A DNA stretch of 32,209 nt from assembly GCA_026713345.1 (NCBI GenBank), contig JAPOOQ010000145.1, forward strand, positions 1 to 32,209. The letters run 5' to 3'. Shown here in pieces: positions 16,040 to 26,203 of the stretch. The translations under genes and the position numbers were made by a program. The stretch's first letter is position 1. The number at the start of each line of letters is the position of its first letter. The stretch is from Gemmatimonadota bacterium. Its GTDB lineage: Bacteria > Gemmatimonadota > Gemmatimonadetes > Longimicrobiales > Gaopeijiaceae. The notes under the pieces are model-generated. The model ran no database searches. It was given only the letters and a program-made list of their open reading frames with translations, and was not told where the DNA came from.

Positions 16040-17797
16040 TCAGGGGGAAGGACGGATGTCCAGCGCCCTGGCCTCGATGGTGGTGCGTCCCCTGAAGGTA
16101 TTCTTCATGAGGTTGAAGGCGATATCCACCGGGCCGCCCATGAGGTCCTCCGTCGGCGGCACCCGGTCGGCAATGCGAAACCCGATCGCCCCGAGGCTCG
16201 CGCCGTCGCTGGCAACGCGGAACTTGAGATGACTTCCCTTGAGCACCTTCGGCGGTTCCGTCAGACGCACCCGGCGGGCGACGAACACGGGTTCGGGGTT
16301 GCCGCGTCCGAAGGGCCCGACATGGCGCAGATAGCGGTAGAGGTCGGGCTTGACCTCGCTCAGCTCGATTTCCAGATCGGTGCGGAGCTCGGGGCGGGGC
16401 TCGGCGCCGCCCAGCGTGCGGCGGGCCAGGGAGCAGAAGGCCTCGCGAAAGGCAGGCAGGCGGTCGCGTTCGATGTCCATGCCCGCGGCCTGGTGGTGAC
16501 CGCCGAAGCGCACGAGGTGCTCGGAGCAGGCGGCGATGCCCGCATGCAGGTCGAAGGAGGGGATGGACCGCGCGCTTCCGCGCCCGCTGTCCCCGTCGAA
16601 GGCAACGACCACCACGGGGCGGCAGATCCGCTCGACGAGGCGGGACGCGACAATCCCGATCACGCCGGGGTGCCAGCCGTCTCCCGACACGACGACGGCC
16701 CGGTCGCGGGACGGTTCGTACTCGCCGCGCAATGCCTCCAGCGCTTCGGAGGTGGTCCGTTCTTCCACGCCACGGCGGTCCCGGTTGTTGGTGTCCAGCG
16801 TCTCCGCCAGGCGGTCGGCTTCGGTGGGGTCATCGGTCAGCAGCAGCCGGATCGCGTCCATCGCGTTCCCGACGCGCCCCGCGGCGTTGATGCGCGGGCC
16901 GAGCTGGAAGGCCACCGCCGCCGCATCAAGCGGGTTGTCGGAACCGGGGTCGAGGCCCGCGCGCCGGATCAGCGCGGCCAGTCCCGGGCGCCTGGTTTGG
17001 GTCAGGGCGCGGAGGCCGTAGCGGGTGAGCACGCGGTTTTCCCCCGACAGCTCCACCTGGTCGGCAATGGTGGCCATCGCCACGAGGTCCAGGTATTCCC
17101 AGCTCTCATCCTCGGGACGCTCCAGTGCCGCCGCCAGCAGCTGTCCCACCTTGAAGGCGACGCCCGCGCCGCAGAGCTGCTTGTTCGGATAGGCGCAGTC
17201 GGGACTGTTCGGGTTGACCACGGCCAGCGCGGCGGGCAGTTCCGGGCCGGGACGGTGATGGTCGGTGACGATGACGTCCATCCCTGCCGCGCTGGCCCGG
17301 CGCACCGGATCCAGTGCCACGATCCCGCAGTCCACGGTGACCAGCACGGCCGCGCCCCGTGCCGCGGCGCGATCCACGCCGGCGCGGGAGAGATCGTAGC
17401 CGTGCCGGCGGCGGTCGGGCACGATCGCGTCGGCCCTGCCGCCCATCGCCCGGATCCAGGCAGCGAGAAGCGCCGCCCCGCTGATCCCGTCGGCGTCGTA
17501 GTCGCCATGGACGACCACCATTTCACGCTGCGCAACCGCCCTGGCCAGCCTCTGTGCGGCCCGGTTCGCGTCGGTCAGGCCGGCCGGATCGTGCAGCGAT
17601 CCGAGCAGCGGACGAAGGAACGCCCCGGCTTCCTCGGTCGTCCGGTACCCCCTGGCCGCAAGCAACCGGCACAGGGCGGACGGGAGATTCAGCCCGTCCT
17701 GCAATGCCCGAACGGCGTACGGGTCCGGCGGTGGCTGGATCCTCCAGAGTGGGCGCGCAGAGAGCCTAGTGGCATTCCCCCGGGAGCCCGACTTCAC
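16040..17797 (-). CDS. recJ: single-stranded-DNA-specific exonuclease RecJ
   Basis: DHH family motifs VHGDYDADGISG, DCG and VTDHH, plus the DHHA1 motif FGGHHQAAG. GTG at 17795-17797 overlaps the upstream TGA as GTGA. Confidence 0.95.
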   Translation of the reverse strand: MKSGSRGNATRLSARPLWRIQPPPDPYAVRALQDGLNLPSALCRLLAARGYRTTEEAGAFLRPLLGSLHDPAGLTDANRAAQRLARAVAQREMVVVHGDYDADGISGAALLAAWIRAMGGRADAIVPDRRRHGYDLSRAGVDRAAARGAAVLVTVDCGIVALDPVRRASAAGMDVIVTDHHRPGPELPAALAVVNPNSPDCAYPNKQLCGAGVAFKVGQLLAAALERPEDESWEYLDLVAMATIADQVELSGENRVLTRYGLRALTQTRRPGLAALIRRAGLDPGSDNPLDAAAVAFQLGPRINAAGRVGNAMDAIRLLLTDDPTEADRLAETLDTNNRDRRGVEERTTSEALEALRGEYEPSRDRAVVVSGDGWHPGVIGIVASRLVERICRPVVVVAFDGDSGRGSARSIPSFDLHAGIAACSEHLVRFGGHHQAAGMDIERDRLPAFREAFCSLARRTLGGAEPRPELRTDLEIELSEVKPDLYRYLRHVGPFGRGNPEPVFVARRVRLTEPPKVLKGSHLKFRVASDGASLGAIGFRIADRVPPTEDLMGGPVDIAFNLMKNTFRGRTTIEARALDIRPSP

Positions 17798-18555
17798 GCC
17801 TTGTTCGCCGGCTCCGGGAGTCCGTCGGGGACCACGTCGGGTGGCGCCGTAACGATGACGCCGCAGGCCTCGCAGCTCAACAGCCGCCCCGCGGAGCGGA
17901 TCTCGTTCTGCAGCTGCAGGGGGATGAGCGAGAAGCAGGCCCCACAGGCGCCGTCATCGGTCATCGGCGCAACGGCTATCCTCCGTCCTCCCCTGGCGAG
18001 ATCTTCGTAGACGGCCAGGTACCTCCGCTCGATGCCCTCGGCGAAGAGTCCGCGCCGCACCTCCAGCGACGCCGCTTCGGACCGGATCGCCTCCTGTTCG
18101 CCGAGGATCTCCTCCTTCCTCGGAGCCACGGAGGAACGGGCCTCCTCCATCTCGGCCCGCTGACCGTCGAGCCGTTCCTCGAAGCGGCTGATCTGGTCCA
18201 GGAAACTGATCACCTCCTGCTCCTCCTGGTCGAGCGCGCGGCGCACCAGTCCGAGCTCCGCCTGGACCGCGGCTTCCTCCCTGACCGTCCTCACCAGGTT
18301 GAGGCGCTCCTCCAGCCGGTGCACGCGCAGCCGCTTCTCCTCCGCCGCGAGGCGCAGCCGCCGCTCCTCCAGCCTGAGGTCCTGCACCCGGGCCTCGGTT
18401 GCGGTGACTTCTTCGGCGAGTTGGCGGGCCGGCTCGTCGACCGCCTCCAACTCCCCCTGAAAGGATTCGACCCGGTCCCGGATTGCCCGGATCTGCTGAT
18501 CCATGTCTTGTAGTTCCAGCAACCGGCTGGACACCGGGCCGGTTTCGACCGTCAC
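17794..18555 (-). CDS. coiled-coil protein with C-terminal C4 zinc ribbon (COG1579/DUF164-like)
   Basis: LLELQDMDQQIRAIRDRVE is followed by a long heptad-like E/R/L-rich region, then CGACFSLIPLQLQNEIRSAGRLLSCEACGVIV. GTG at 18553-18555 overlaps the dnaG TGA as GTGA. Confidence 0.75.
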   Translation of the reverse strand: MTVETGPVSSRLLELQDMDQQIRAIRDRVESFQGELEAVDEPARQLAEEVTATEARVQDLRLEERRLRLAAEEKRLRVHRLEERLNLVRTVREEAAVQAELGLVRRALDQEEQEVISFLDQISRFEERLDGQRAEMEEARSSVAPRKEEILGEQEAIRSEAASLEVRRGLFAEGIERRYLAVYEDLARGGRRIAVAPMTDDGACGACFSLIPLQLQNEIRSAGRLLSCEACGVIVTAPPDVVPDGLPEPANKA

Positions 18556-20363
18556 CTTGATCCTTCCCCCTTCCGTTGACTGCTTTTCGCTGCCCTGTGG
18601 GTGGACCTGCGCCAGTCCGGACCCAAGGCCCGCTTTTCCTTGTTCAGGTCTTCCTTATCCTTGATCAACCTGCTCTTTTCCGCTTCCTCGGCCGCACCGC
18701 GTATCTGGCCATCCAGCGCTTCCAGACGACGGTCGATCGTTCGGACGTCGATTCCCCGGGCCACGTCCTCGAAGACCTCGTCCGGCGGGACCTCCCGGTC
18801 TCTGTTGAGCTCTTCGAAGCGCTGTACCGCCTCCGGCATCGCCCCTACAGGCGGCGCTGCAAGTTCCGGATTGTCGATCAGCCATTCGAAGATGGCACGT
18901 AAGGCACCATCCTCCAAGTCCGATGGACCCACGCGCTCGCCGGCGCGTTCGATCCACTCCCGTCGTTTGAGGACGAAGTGAACGAGCTGCCAGTCCGAGC
19001 CGAGTCCCTGAAAGCGGGGAGCCGGGCGGCGGCGCGGCGGCGGCCTTGTCCCCCGGCGGGCGCGTCCCGGTCCGGTCTGACCCTTCAGTTCGGCCGCCAG
19101 GGTATCCGCGCGGACGCCCGTTCGCTCCGCCACCCGGGTCAGGTAGATGTCCCGCAAGCGCGGATCCCTGACCGCCCTGAGCGTGGGTAGAAGCCGGTCC
19201 AGCGCCGCCCGCGTCTTCTCGATCGAGGAGAAGTAGTCGTGCTCTTCCAGGATCGCGATCTTGCGGTCGAGTACGTCGACCGCCTGGCGGACGAACCCCA
19301 GGACCGCCTCCGCACCCCCGGCACGCGCGACCGAGTCCGGGTCCTCGCCCTCCGGAAGCGTGACCACCGACGCGTGCAGCCCCTGTGCGAGGAGCGTGTC
19401 CGCGGCTCTGAAGGTGGCCCGCATCCCCGCCGCGTCGTTGTCGAAGAGGATGCGCACCTGCTTCGTGTACCGCGCGAGCAGCCTCGCGTGCCCTTCCGTG
19501 AGCGCAGTGCCCAGCGGCGCCACCGCGTGCGCAACGTCCACCGCGGCCAGCGACAGCGCGTCCATGAACCCCTCGACGAGGAGCGCGGCCCCCTGCCGGC
19601 GGATGTGGTTGCCGGCCCAGCTGAGACCGTAGAGGATCTCGCCCTTGTGGAAAATCGGGCTCTCCGGCGAGTTGAGGTACTTGGGCGCGCCCTTCCCCTC
19701 CGGGCCGAGCAGCCGTCCGCCGAAGGCCAGCACGCGCCCGGAAACCGACTCGATGGGGAAGATCACGCGGTTGCGGAAGGCGTCGTAGAGCTGCTCCCGC
19801 TTCTCGCTCTTCTTAAGCAGCCCGAGTTCCAGCAGGATCGCCTCGCCGATGCCGCGGGCCGCTGCCGCGTCGCGCAACGCCCCCCACTCGTCGGGCGCGA
19901 AGCCCAGCCCGAAGCGTTCGCCGGTCTCGCGCCAGATGCCCCGTCGCTCCAGGTACTCGCGAGCGCTCTTTCCGCCCTCCCACTCCCAGAGGCGTTCCTG
20001 GAAGAAGGAATTCGCGTGCGCGGTGGCTTCGTAGTAGGGCCTCCAGGGATCGTCGCCCTTCCTGCCGCGCCTGACCTCCTTCACCTCGACCCCGCTGCGC
20101 GCGCCGACATACTTGACGGCGTCCGTGAAGCCCATCCCCTGGTGTTTCATCAGGAACGAGAACACGTCTCCGGATTCACCGGACGAGAAATCGTGGAAGA
20201 ACGCCTTGGCGGGGATCACGTAGAAGGAGGGCGTCTTTTCCTTCTTGAAGGGACTGAGCCCACGGAAGTCCTTGCCGGCCTTTTTCAGCTGCACGAAATC
20301 GCCGATGATCCCGACGATGTCGGCCCGGGCCCGGACCTCCTCCACAACGTGGTCCGGAATCAT
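18552..20363 (-). CDS. dnaG: DNA primase
   Basis: The N-terminal zinc-binding region has IVGIIGDFVQLKKAGKDFRGLSPFKKEKTPSFYV. The TOPRIM region has LLVEGFMDALS...FDNDAAG. ATG at 20361-20363. Confidence 0.95.
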   Translation of the reverse strand: MIPDHVVEEVRARADIVGIIGDFVQLKKAGKDFRGLSPFKKEKTPSFYVIPAKAFFHDFSSGESGDVFSFLMKHQGMGFTDAVKYVGARSGVEVKEVRRGRKGDDPWRPYYEATAHANSFFQERLWEWEGGKSAREYLERRGIWRETGERFGLGFAPDEWGALRDAAAARGIGEAILLELGLLKKSEKREQLYDAFRNRVIFPIESVSGRVLAFGGRLLGPEGKGAPKYLNSPESPIFHKGEILYGLSWAGNHIRRQGAALLVEGFMDALSLAAVDVAHAVAPLGTALTEGHARLLARYTKQVRILFDNDAAGMRATFRAADTLLAQGLHASVVTLPEGEDPDSVARAGGAEAVLGFVRQAVDVLDRKIAILEEHDYFSSIEKTRAALDRLLPTLRAVRDPRLRDIYLTRVAERTGVRADTLAAELKGQTGPGRARRGTRPPPRRRPAPRFQGLGSDWQLVHFVLKRREWIERAGERVGPSDLEDGALRAIFEWLIDNPELAAPPVGAMPEAVQRFEELNRDREVPPDEVFEDVARGIDVRTIDRRLEALDGQIRGAAEEAEKSRLIKDKEDLNKEKRALGPDWRRSTHRAAKSSQRKGEGSR

Positions 20364-20364
20364 C

Positions 20365-22764
20365 CTACCGCATCCTCACCAGGGTCACGCCATGGCCGCC
20401 CTCGCCCGGCTGGCCCGCCCGCGAGTCCTTCACCCGCGTGTCACGGGCCAGAACCTCCGCCACCCTCTTCCGCAGCGCCCCCGTGCCCAGACCGTGGATC
20501 ACGCGCAGCTCGCGAAGGTCGGCCACCGCGGCCCCGTCGAGTGCGCGGCAGAGCGCCATCTCGGCCTCGTCGGCGCGCTGCCCGCGCAGATCCACCTCGG
20601 TGGCCGGGTCCGGGATGCCCCCGCCCCACCGGGACGGCTTCGACACGGCGCGGCCCCCACCCCCCTCCACCCCGCCTCCCACGCGGCCCAGATGACTGCG
20701 CGGCACCCGCATTCTCACGCCGCCCACCAGGACCGCCACCCGGTCCCCCTCGACCCCCAGGATCGTGCCCTCGGCCCCCGTGTCGCTCATCCGGACCGCC
20801 GCACCGGCCTCCAGCTCCGGCGCATCCAGCCCACCGTCCTCCCGCGGCGGTCCTTCCCCATCCGTCGCGGGCTCCTCGAGCGCCCGCGCGGCCTCCTCTA
20901 CCGTCCTGCGGGCCCGCCGCGCGGCCTCACGCGCGGAAACGCCATCCGGCTCCCGTTCCTGCAGGCCATCGATCGCCGCCTCCACTTCACGGCGCGCCTC
21001 CAGGAGCATCCGGCGCGCCTCCTTGCGGGCCCGGGCCGCGGCGTCCCGCTCGGAGCGCCGGAGCGCCGCCTCGCGCGTCGCCAGCTCGGCTTCCAGGTCG
21101 CGGGCGCGGCGGCGCTCGGTCTCCAGCGCCGCGAGGAGACGCGAAACGTTGCGCTCCTTCCGCTCCAGCGTCTCCAGGAGGTCGTCGAGGCGTGCCTCCG
21201 CGCGGTCGCGGTAGCCGTCGGCGAGATCCAGGACCTCGTCCGGGAAGCCCAGTCCGCGGGCGATCGCCAGTCCGTAGCTGCGGCCGGGTCGCCCCTTCGC
21301 GAAGCGGTAGGTGGGCGCGAGGCGCTCCCCGTCGAAGTCGAGCGAGGCGTTGACGATGCCGTTGCCGGGCGCGGCCAGGCGCTTCAGCCCCCCCATGTGC
21401 GAGGTCACCACCGCGAGGCAGCCGCGCCCCGCCAGCGTCTCGATCAGGGCACGCGCCAGCGCCTCGCCCTCCTTGGGGTCGGTGCCGGCGCCGGGCTCGT
21501 CGATGAGCACCAGGGAGCGCGGCCCGGCGCTGAGCAGCACCTCCTGCAGGTTGCGGAGGTGCGCCGAGAAGGTGGACAGGGAATCGGCGATGGACTGTTC
21601 GTCACCCACATCGGCATGGAAGGAGTCGAAAACGGGGATGCGGGTGCCGGGCCCAACCGGGGGGATGACTCCGGACTGGGCCAGGGACGCGATCAGCCCC
21701 ACCGACTTGAGGAAGACCGTCTTGCCGCCGGTGTTGGGACCCGTAACGACCACCACCCGCTCCTGCGCGTCGAGTTCGATATCGAAGGGCACCGCGTCGG
21801 TCCCTGCGGCCACCAGCAGAGGGTGGCGTCCCTCACGTATGCACGTCCCCATGTCCGTGGCAGTGCCCGCGTCGCTGCCGGTAATCTCCGGCACGTTGCC
21901 GTCCCAGCCGACCGCGGCGCGCGCACGGGCGATCCGGGCGTCCATCACGGTGAGCGCCGCGAGCGAGTCGGCCAACCCGCGGGCGAGGGGGCGGCACCGC
22001 TCGGTGAGTTCCCGCAGGACCCGCTGCACCTCACGGACCTCGGCCCGCTCCAGTTCCCGCACCCGGTTCATCTCGTCGATCGCGGAAGGAGGCTCGATGA
22101 AGACCGTGGCGCCGGAGGACGACTCGTCGTGGACGTACCCCCCCACCACCCTCTTGCCCTCTCTGCGCACCGGGATCACGTAGCGCCCCTCGCGAATCGA
22201 GACGGACGCCTCCGGAACCCGGTAGCGCTCGTCAATGCCGGTCAGCAACCCTTCCAGGTGCCGGACGACCCGGTTGTGGGCGCCCCGCAGCCGGGCACGG
22301 ATCCTGCCGAGGTCCCTGCTCGCGCTGTCGAGGACCGTCCCGTCCGGATCCACCGAGCGCTCGATCGAGGCCTGCAGCCGGGGGTGCGCCAACAGACGGT
22401 TCCGCAGCTCCTGCAGCACCGGCAGTCCCTCGGCGCCCTCCGCCAGAGCGCGGTCCAGGGAGCTCCCTGCTGCCAGCACGCCTCCCAGTCGCGCCAGTTC
22501 AACCGCCGGGAGGACCGAGCCGTCCACTTCCAGACGCGCCGCGGCGGACCGCGCATCGGGGACTGCGGGGAGCGCCCAGTCGCTGCGCGGCTCCAGGAAG
22601 CGGACCGTCTCCGCCACCGCGTCCAGCCGCGCCCTGACCGCTTCGGGATCGGAGGAGGGCCGGAGCCCCCGGACCATCTCCCGTCCCGCCGTTGTTGACG
22701 CGAGGCCCGCAACGTACTCCAGGACCCGGTCGAATTCGAGGACCTGAAGGGCCCGGCCCGACAT
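20365..22764 (-). CDS. mutS2: endonuclease MutS2 (MutS ATPase core + C-terminal Smr domain)
   Basis: Walker A VVVTGPNTGGKTVFLK, LVLIDEPGAGTDP, a coiled-coil R/E/A stretch, and the Smr domain EVDLRGQRADEA...LRVIHGLGTGALR. Confidence 0.95.
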   Translation of the reverse strand: MSGRALQVLEFDRVLEYVAGLASTTAGREMVRGLRPSSDPEAVRARLDAVAETVRFLEPRSDWALPAVPDARSAAARLEVDGSVLPAVELARLGGVLAAGSSLDRALAEGAEGLPVLQELRNRLLAHPRLQASIERSVDPDGTVLDSASRDLGRIRARLRGAHNRVVRHLEGLLTGIDERYRVPEASVSIREGRYVIPVRREGKRVVGGYVHDESSSGATVFIEPPSAIDEMNRVRELERAEVREVQRVLRELTERCRPLARGLADSLAALTVMDARIARARAAVGWDGNVPEITGSDAGTATDMGTCIREGRHPLLVAAGTDAVPFDIELDAQERVVVVTGPNTGGKTVFLKSVGLIASLAQSGVIPPVGPGTRIPVFDSFHADVGDEQSIADSLSTFSAHLRNLQEVLLSAGPRSLVLIDEPGAGTDPKEGEALARALIETLAGRGCLAVVTSHMGGLKRLAAPGNGIVNASLDFDGERLAPTYRFAKGRPGRSYGLAIARGLGFPDEVLDLADGYRDRAEARLDDLLETLERKERNVSRLLAALETERRRARDLEAELATREAALRRSERDAAARARKEARRMLLEARREVEAAIDGLQEREPDGVSAREAARRARRTVEEAARALEEPATDGEGPPREDGGLDAPELEAGAAVRMSDTGAEGTILGVEGDRVAVLVGGVRMRVPRSHLGRVGGGVEGGGGRAVSKPSRWGGGIPDPATEVDLRGQRADEAEMALCRALDGAAVADLRELRVIHGLGTGALRKRVAEVLARDTRVKDSRAGQPGEGGHGVTLVRMR

Positions 22765-22765
22765 C

Positions 22766-23203
22766 CTACCCGAGCTCTTCCCGGACGATTGCCGAAGCCG
22801 CCCGTCCGTCGAATCGGCCGCGGATCCGGGGCATCAGCCCGGCCATAACGGCTCCGATGTGACCCGCTCCCCCGTCGATGAGTTCACGAACCATCCCCCG
22901 CACATCCTCGGCCCCCAGGTCGGGCGGAAGGTAGCCCTTCAGCACCTGTTCCTGCTCCCGCTCGCGCGCCGCCAGATCCTCGCGCCCCCCCGCCTCCATC
23001 TGGGCGGCGGCGTCCTGGCGCTGCTTGATCGCCCTGGCCACGACCATGCGCACCCCGTCCTCGTCCAGGGCACCCCCGGTCTCGATCTCCCCGTTCCTCA
23101 GTTCGGCGAGGGTCGTAGAGAGGACCAGAGTGCGGACCTTGTCCCTGGCCCGGCGCGCCTCGTTCAAATCCGACCTCAGTTTCTCCTTCAGGGAACCCTT
23201 CAA
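22766..23203 (-). CDS. yqeY: GatB/YqeY domain-containing protein
   Basis: LKEKLRSDLNEARRARDKVRTLVLSTTLAELRNGEIE...ARAIKQRQDAAAQ...REREQEQVLKGYLP is the typical YqeY layout. TTG start at 23201-23203, with GAGGAG 9 nt upstream. Confidence 0.85.
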   Translation of the reverse strand: MKGSLKEKLRSDLNEARRARDKVRTLVLSTTLAELRNGEIETGGALDEDGVRMVVARAIKQRQDAAAQMEAGGREDLAAREREQEQVLKGYLPPDLGAEDVRGMVRELIDGGAGHIGAVMAGLMPRIRGRFDGRAASAIVREELG

Positions 23204-23428
23204 TGCCGTCGTCTCCTCTCGTCCGTGAGCCCGTTCAACGAACCCTCAAGATATCCGCAGGGAGGCGTCGCGGGGGAGACGCACCCGGCCCGCGGGACCC
23301 GGTAACCACCCGGGGGACCGCCGTGGCCGCCGATTCCGGACCCGGCGTCCCATCGAGCCATACGAGGTCCCCTGCAGGAGTGGTACCCTACATGTCCCCT
23401 CGGACACAACCGACTACACGGGAGCATC

Positions 23429-23866
23429 ATGGTCTGGACAACGGAGTGTGTGGTGGACATCCTGCGCCGGGGCGGTCCCGGCGCGTTGTCGACGGAAAGA
23501 CTGAAGGCGGAGCTGCGGCGGTCCCGCCCGCCCGTCCTGCTGACGCGCCAAAGGCTCGAACACCTCATCGACGAGTCCGAAGGCCGCGTCGCGCTGCTGG
23601 AGCTGCGACTGGATGATCCGGAGCGCACGGTCGTCGAGAGCTGGGTATTCCTCACCGACCCGCGAGACCGTCCGAGCCGGCCAGAGATCGCCGCCGAGCT
23701 CTGGCGGAGCCTCGCGGCGCTGGCAGAGGATCTGGACACGGCATCCAGGGTGGAGGTGTGCCGCTGGATCCGCACGGCACGCAACGCCGAGCGCGCCTGC
23801 TCGATCGCCCTCGGAACGCGGCCCCGGCTCCCCCACCGGCTGAGGCGGCGCACCTGGCAGTCCTGA
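23429..23866 (+). CDS. hypothetical protein (145 aa), the only plus-strand gene in the window
   Basis: ATG at 23429 with GGGAG 4 nt upstream. Third codon positions are strongly G/C, like the neighbouring genes. Composition is balanced and protein-like (MVWTTECVVDILRRGGPGALSTERLKAELRR...), whereas the overlapping minus-strand ORFs are S/R-rich junk. No family is recognised. Confidence 0.5.
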   Translation: MVWTTECVVDILRRGGPGALSTERLKAELRRSRPPVLLTRQRLEHLIDESEGRVALLELRLDDPERTVVESWVFLTDPRDRPSRPEIAAELWRSLAALAEDLDTASRVEVCRWIRTARNAERACSIALGTRPRLPHRLRRRTWQS

Positions 23867-23931
23867 AATGAGTATTCGCTGCCCCCGGCGCGACGCTGGG
23901 TCCTTCCACGGCTGTCAACCCTTCCCGAGGA

Positions 23932-25071
23932 TCAGCTCAGCACTTCCTTCACCTTCGACCAGAAGCCGCGCCGCTGCCCCCGCTCGATTTTCTCGGGCGG
24001 GGCGTCTTCAATCCGGCGGAGCTTGCGCAACAGGGTCTCCTGCTCGGTGCTCAGCCGGGTCGGAACCCAGACGACGAACCGCACCAGCAGATCGCCCTGC
24101 CCACGACCATTCAATTCGGGAACACCCTCGCCCTCGATCCGGATCACCTCGCCGCTCTGGATCCCGGCCGGCACGTCCACCCAGGTGCTCCCGTCCACGG
24201 TGGGCACGGTGATCCGGCTTCCGAGCGCGGCCTGGCTGAAGGTCAGGGGCACCTCGAGGATCAGGTGGTTTCCCTGCCGCACGAAGCGGTCGTCCTCCTT
24301 GACCTCGAGCATCACGATGATGTCCCCTCGGGGTCCGCCGCGCGGCCCCACGTTGCCCTCGCCGCGCAGCGTGATGTAGTTCTCGGACGAGACCCCGGCC
24401 GGAATGTCCACCGCGATCTCGCGCTCGGCACGCACCCGCCCGTCGCTCCGGCAGCGATGGCAGCTCTCCGAGATGATCGTCCCTTCCCCCGCGCAGCGGC
24501 GGCACGGCGTCACGCTTACGAACTGGCCGAAGACCGAACGTTCGACGCGGCGCTCCTCACCCGCGCCGTTGCAGTTGGGACAGGTCAGCGGGCGGGCGCC
24601 GTCCTTCACCCCCGTGCCGGAACAGGACTCGCATTTGTCCAGGACCGACACCCGCACCTTCCTGCTGGCGCCGTCACGAACGTCCTTGAGCGACAGGGGC
24701 AGCCTGATCCGCAGCGACTTGCCCCGGGTGGGCCGGTTGCCGCGCCTGCGCGTCCCGAACAGCCCCTCCAGCCCTCCGAAGCCGCCGAAGTCCCTCATGA
24801 AGACCTCCAGCGCGTCGGAGAAGTCGATTCCGCCCCCGAAGCCGCTCTGTCCCCGCAGCCCTTCCTTTCCGTAGCGGTCGTAGCGGGCCCTCTTGTCGGG
24901 ATCCCTCAGCACCTCGTACGCCTCGGTGACTTCCTTGAAGCGCTCTTCCGCCTCGGTGGAGCCCGCGTTGCGGTCCGGGTGGTACTCCAGCGCCACCTTG
25001 CGGTACGCCTTCTTGATCTCGTCCTGGCCGGCGGTCCTGGGAATGCGCAGCAGAGAGTAGTAGTCGGACAT
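23932..25071 (-). CDS. dnaJ: molecular chaperone DnaJ (type I)
   Basis: J domain [33 protein letters not shown], a G/F region, and four CxxCxGxG-type zinc repeats ([32 protein letters not shown]). Confidence 0.95.
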   Translation of the reverse strand: MSDYYSLLRIPRTAGQDEIKKAYRKVALEYHPDRNAGSTEAEERFKEVTEAYEVLRDPDKRARYDRYGKEGLRGQSGFGGGIDFSDALEVFMRDFGGFGGLEGLFGTRRRGNRPTRGKSLRIRLPLSLKDVRDGASRKVRVSVLDKCESCSGTGVKDGARPLTCPNCNGAGEERRVERSVFGQFVSVTPCRRCAGEGTIISESCHRCRSDGRVRAEREIAVDIPAGVSSENYITLRGEGNVGPRGGPRGDIIVMLEVKEDDRFVRQGNHLILEVPLTFSQAALGSRITVPTVDGSTWVDVPAGIQSGEVIRIEGEGVPELNGRGQGDLLVRFVVWVPTRLSTEQETLLRKLRRIEDAPPEKIERGQRRGFWSKVKEVLS

Positions 25072-25142
25072 AAATGTGATGGGCCGCTATCCGGCCGTCA
25101 TGTTTCGCCGCTGCAACCCCGCGGGGAGTTTGTCCACGGGCG

Positions 25143-26201
25143 CTAGGGCTCCAGCATGCGGGTGACGAGGGATGAAGTGTAGTCCACGATGGCGATAACC
25201 TTTTCGTAGGGCATCCTCGTGGGCCCGATGACGCCCAGGATTCCGCGCAGCCGCCCGAATCGGTATCCCGAGGTGACGAGCGTGAACCCGGCGAGTTCCG
25301 GAGCGTGTTCGGACCCGATGGTGACGAACGGTCCCCGCCGCGCGACGCGGGTGCCCAGGACCTTGCCAAGGAGCTCCTTCTGCTCCGTCAGGGCGATCAG
25401 GTCCTTGAGGCGGTCGCTGGTCGAAAATTCCGGCTGCGCCGCAATCGAGGATGTCTGACCCAGTACGACCCGGTCCTCGCTGCCGGTTTCACCCGCGAAG
25501 AACTCCTCGCCCGATTCGACGAAGAAGTTGAGGATATCGCGTGCGGCCGGGTCCTCCACCGCGTCCCTGAGACGGTCCCCGAACGAGCGCCGAATCTCCA
25601 CGAAGGTGAGGCCGCCGAGGCGCTCGTTGAGAACCTGCCGAATCAGGTCCAGGATGTCGGATGGCGCCTCGCCCGGAAGGTCGACGTACACGGTGCGGAC
25701 CATCCCGGACCGGACCGTGACGACCATCAGCACCTTGTGCGACGACACCTGGATCAGGTCGATCTTCTCCAGGCGGGCCTGGTCAAGCTGGGGAACGGAT
25801 CCGACGCCGAGTTCGTTGACCAGGATCCCGAGCGCACGCGTCGCATTCTGCAGGATTCGCTCCAGGGTGAAGTCCCCCGTCCACAGTTCCTGCTCGATCC
25901 GGGCCTTCTCCCGATCGGTCAGGCTCTCCGGCTGCACGACGCTGTCCACGAAGAAGCGGTAGGCGAGATCCGTGGGAACGCGTCCCGCCGAAGTATGCGG
26001 GTGGGTCAGGTAGCCCTCCTCCTCGAGGTCGGCCATCGTGTTGCGGATCGTGGCCGGGGAAACGCCGAAGTTGTAGCGGCGGGCCAGCGTGCGGCTCCCC
26101 GCCGGCTCCGCGGTCTCGACGTATCTGCGGATAACCGCCTCGAGAACCGCACGCTCCCGTTCCGAGAGCGGCGGGTGTCTTGTCCGGTCTGGCAAGTCCA
26201 T
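25143..26201 (-). CDS. hrcA: heat-inducible transcription repressor HrcA
   Basis: LSERERAVLEAVIRRYVETAEPAGSRTLARRYNFGVSPATIRNTMADLEEEGYLTHPHTSAGRVPTDLAYRFFVD. The track start is TTG at 26220-26222. I prefer ATG at 26199-26201, 2 nt after the hemW TGA (26204-26206). Confidence 0.9.
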   Translation of the reverse strand: MDLPDRTRHPPLSERERAVLEAVIRRYVETAEPAGSRTLARRYNFGVSPATIRNTMADLEEEGYLTHPHTSAGRVPTDLAYRFFVDSVVQPESLTDREKARIEQELWTGDFTLERILQNATRALGILVNELGVGSVPQLDQARLEKIDLIQVSSHKVLMVVTVRSGMVRTVYVDLPGEAPSDILDLIRQVLNERLGGLTFVEIRRSFGDRLRDAVEDPAARDILNFFVESGEEFFAGETGSEDRVVLGQTSSIAAQPEFSTSDRLKDLIALTEQKELLGKVLGTRVARRGPFVTIGSEHAPELAGFTLVTSGYRFGRLRGILGVIGPTRMPYEKVIAIVDYTSSLVTRMLEP

Positions 26202-26203
26202 GA

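Noticed and set aside
23204-23428. Possible small RNA, for example SRP/4.5S-like (GGTCCGGAA on the minus strand near 23333-23345), or an rpsU gene in the yqeY upstream gap.
   Set aside because: The match to the SRP domain IV consensus (..GGUCCGGAAGGAAGCAGCC..) stops after 9 nt. No frame encodes an S21-like basic peptide. Many short GC stems are expected by chance at this GC content. This is left as a check, not a call.
25072-25142. Looked for a CIRCE operator or an intrinsic terminator between hrcA and dnaJ.
   Set aside because: There is no TTAGCACTC/GAGTGCTAA-like arms. The only palindrome is CCCCGCGGGG, which has no loop and no U-tract.
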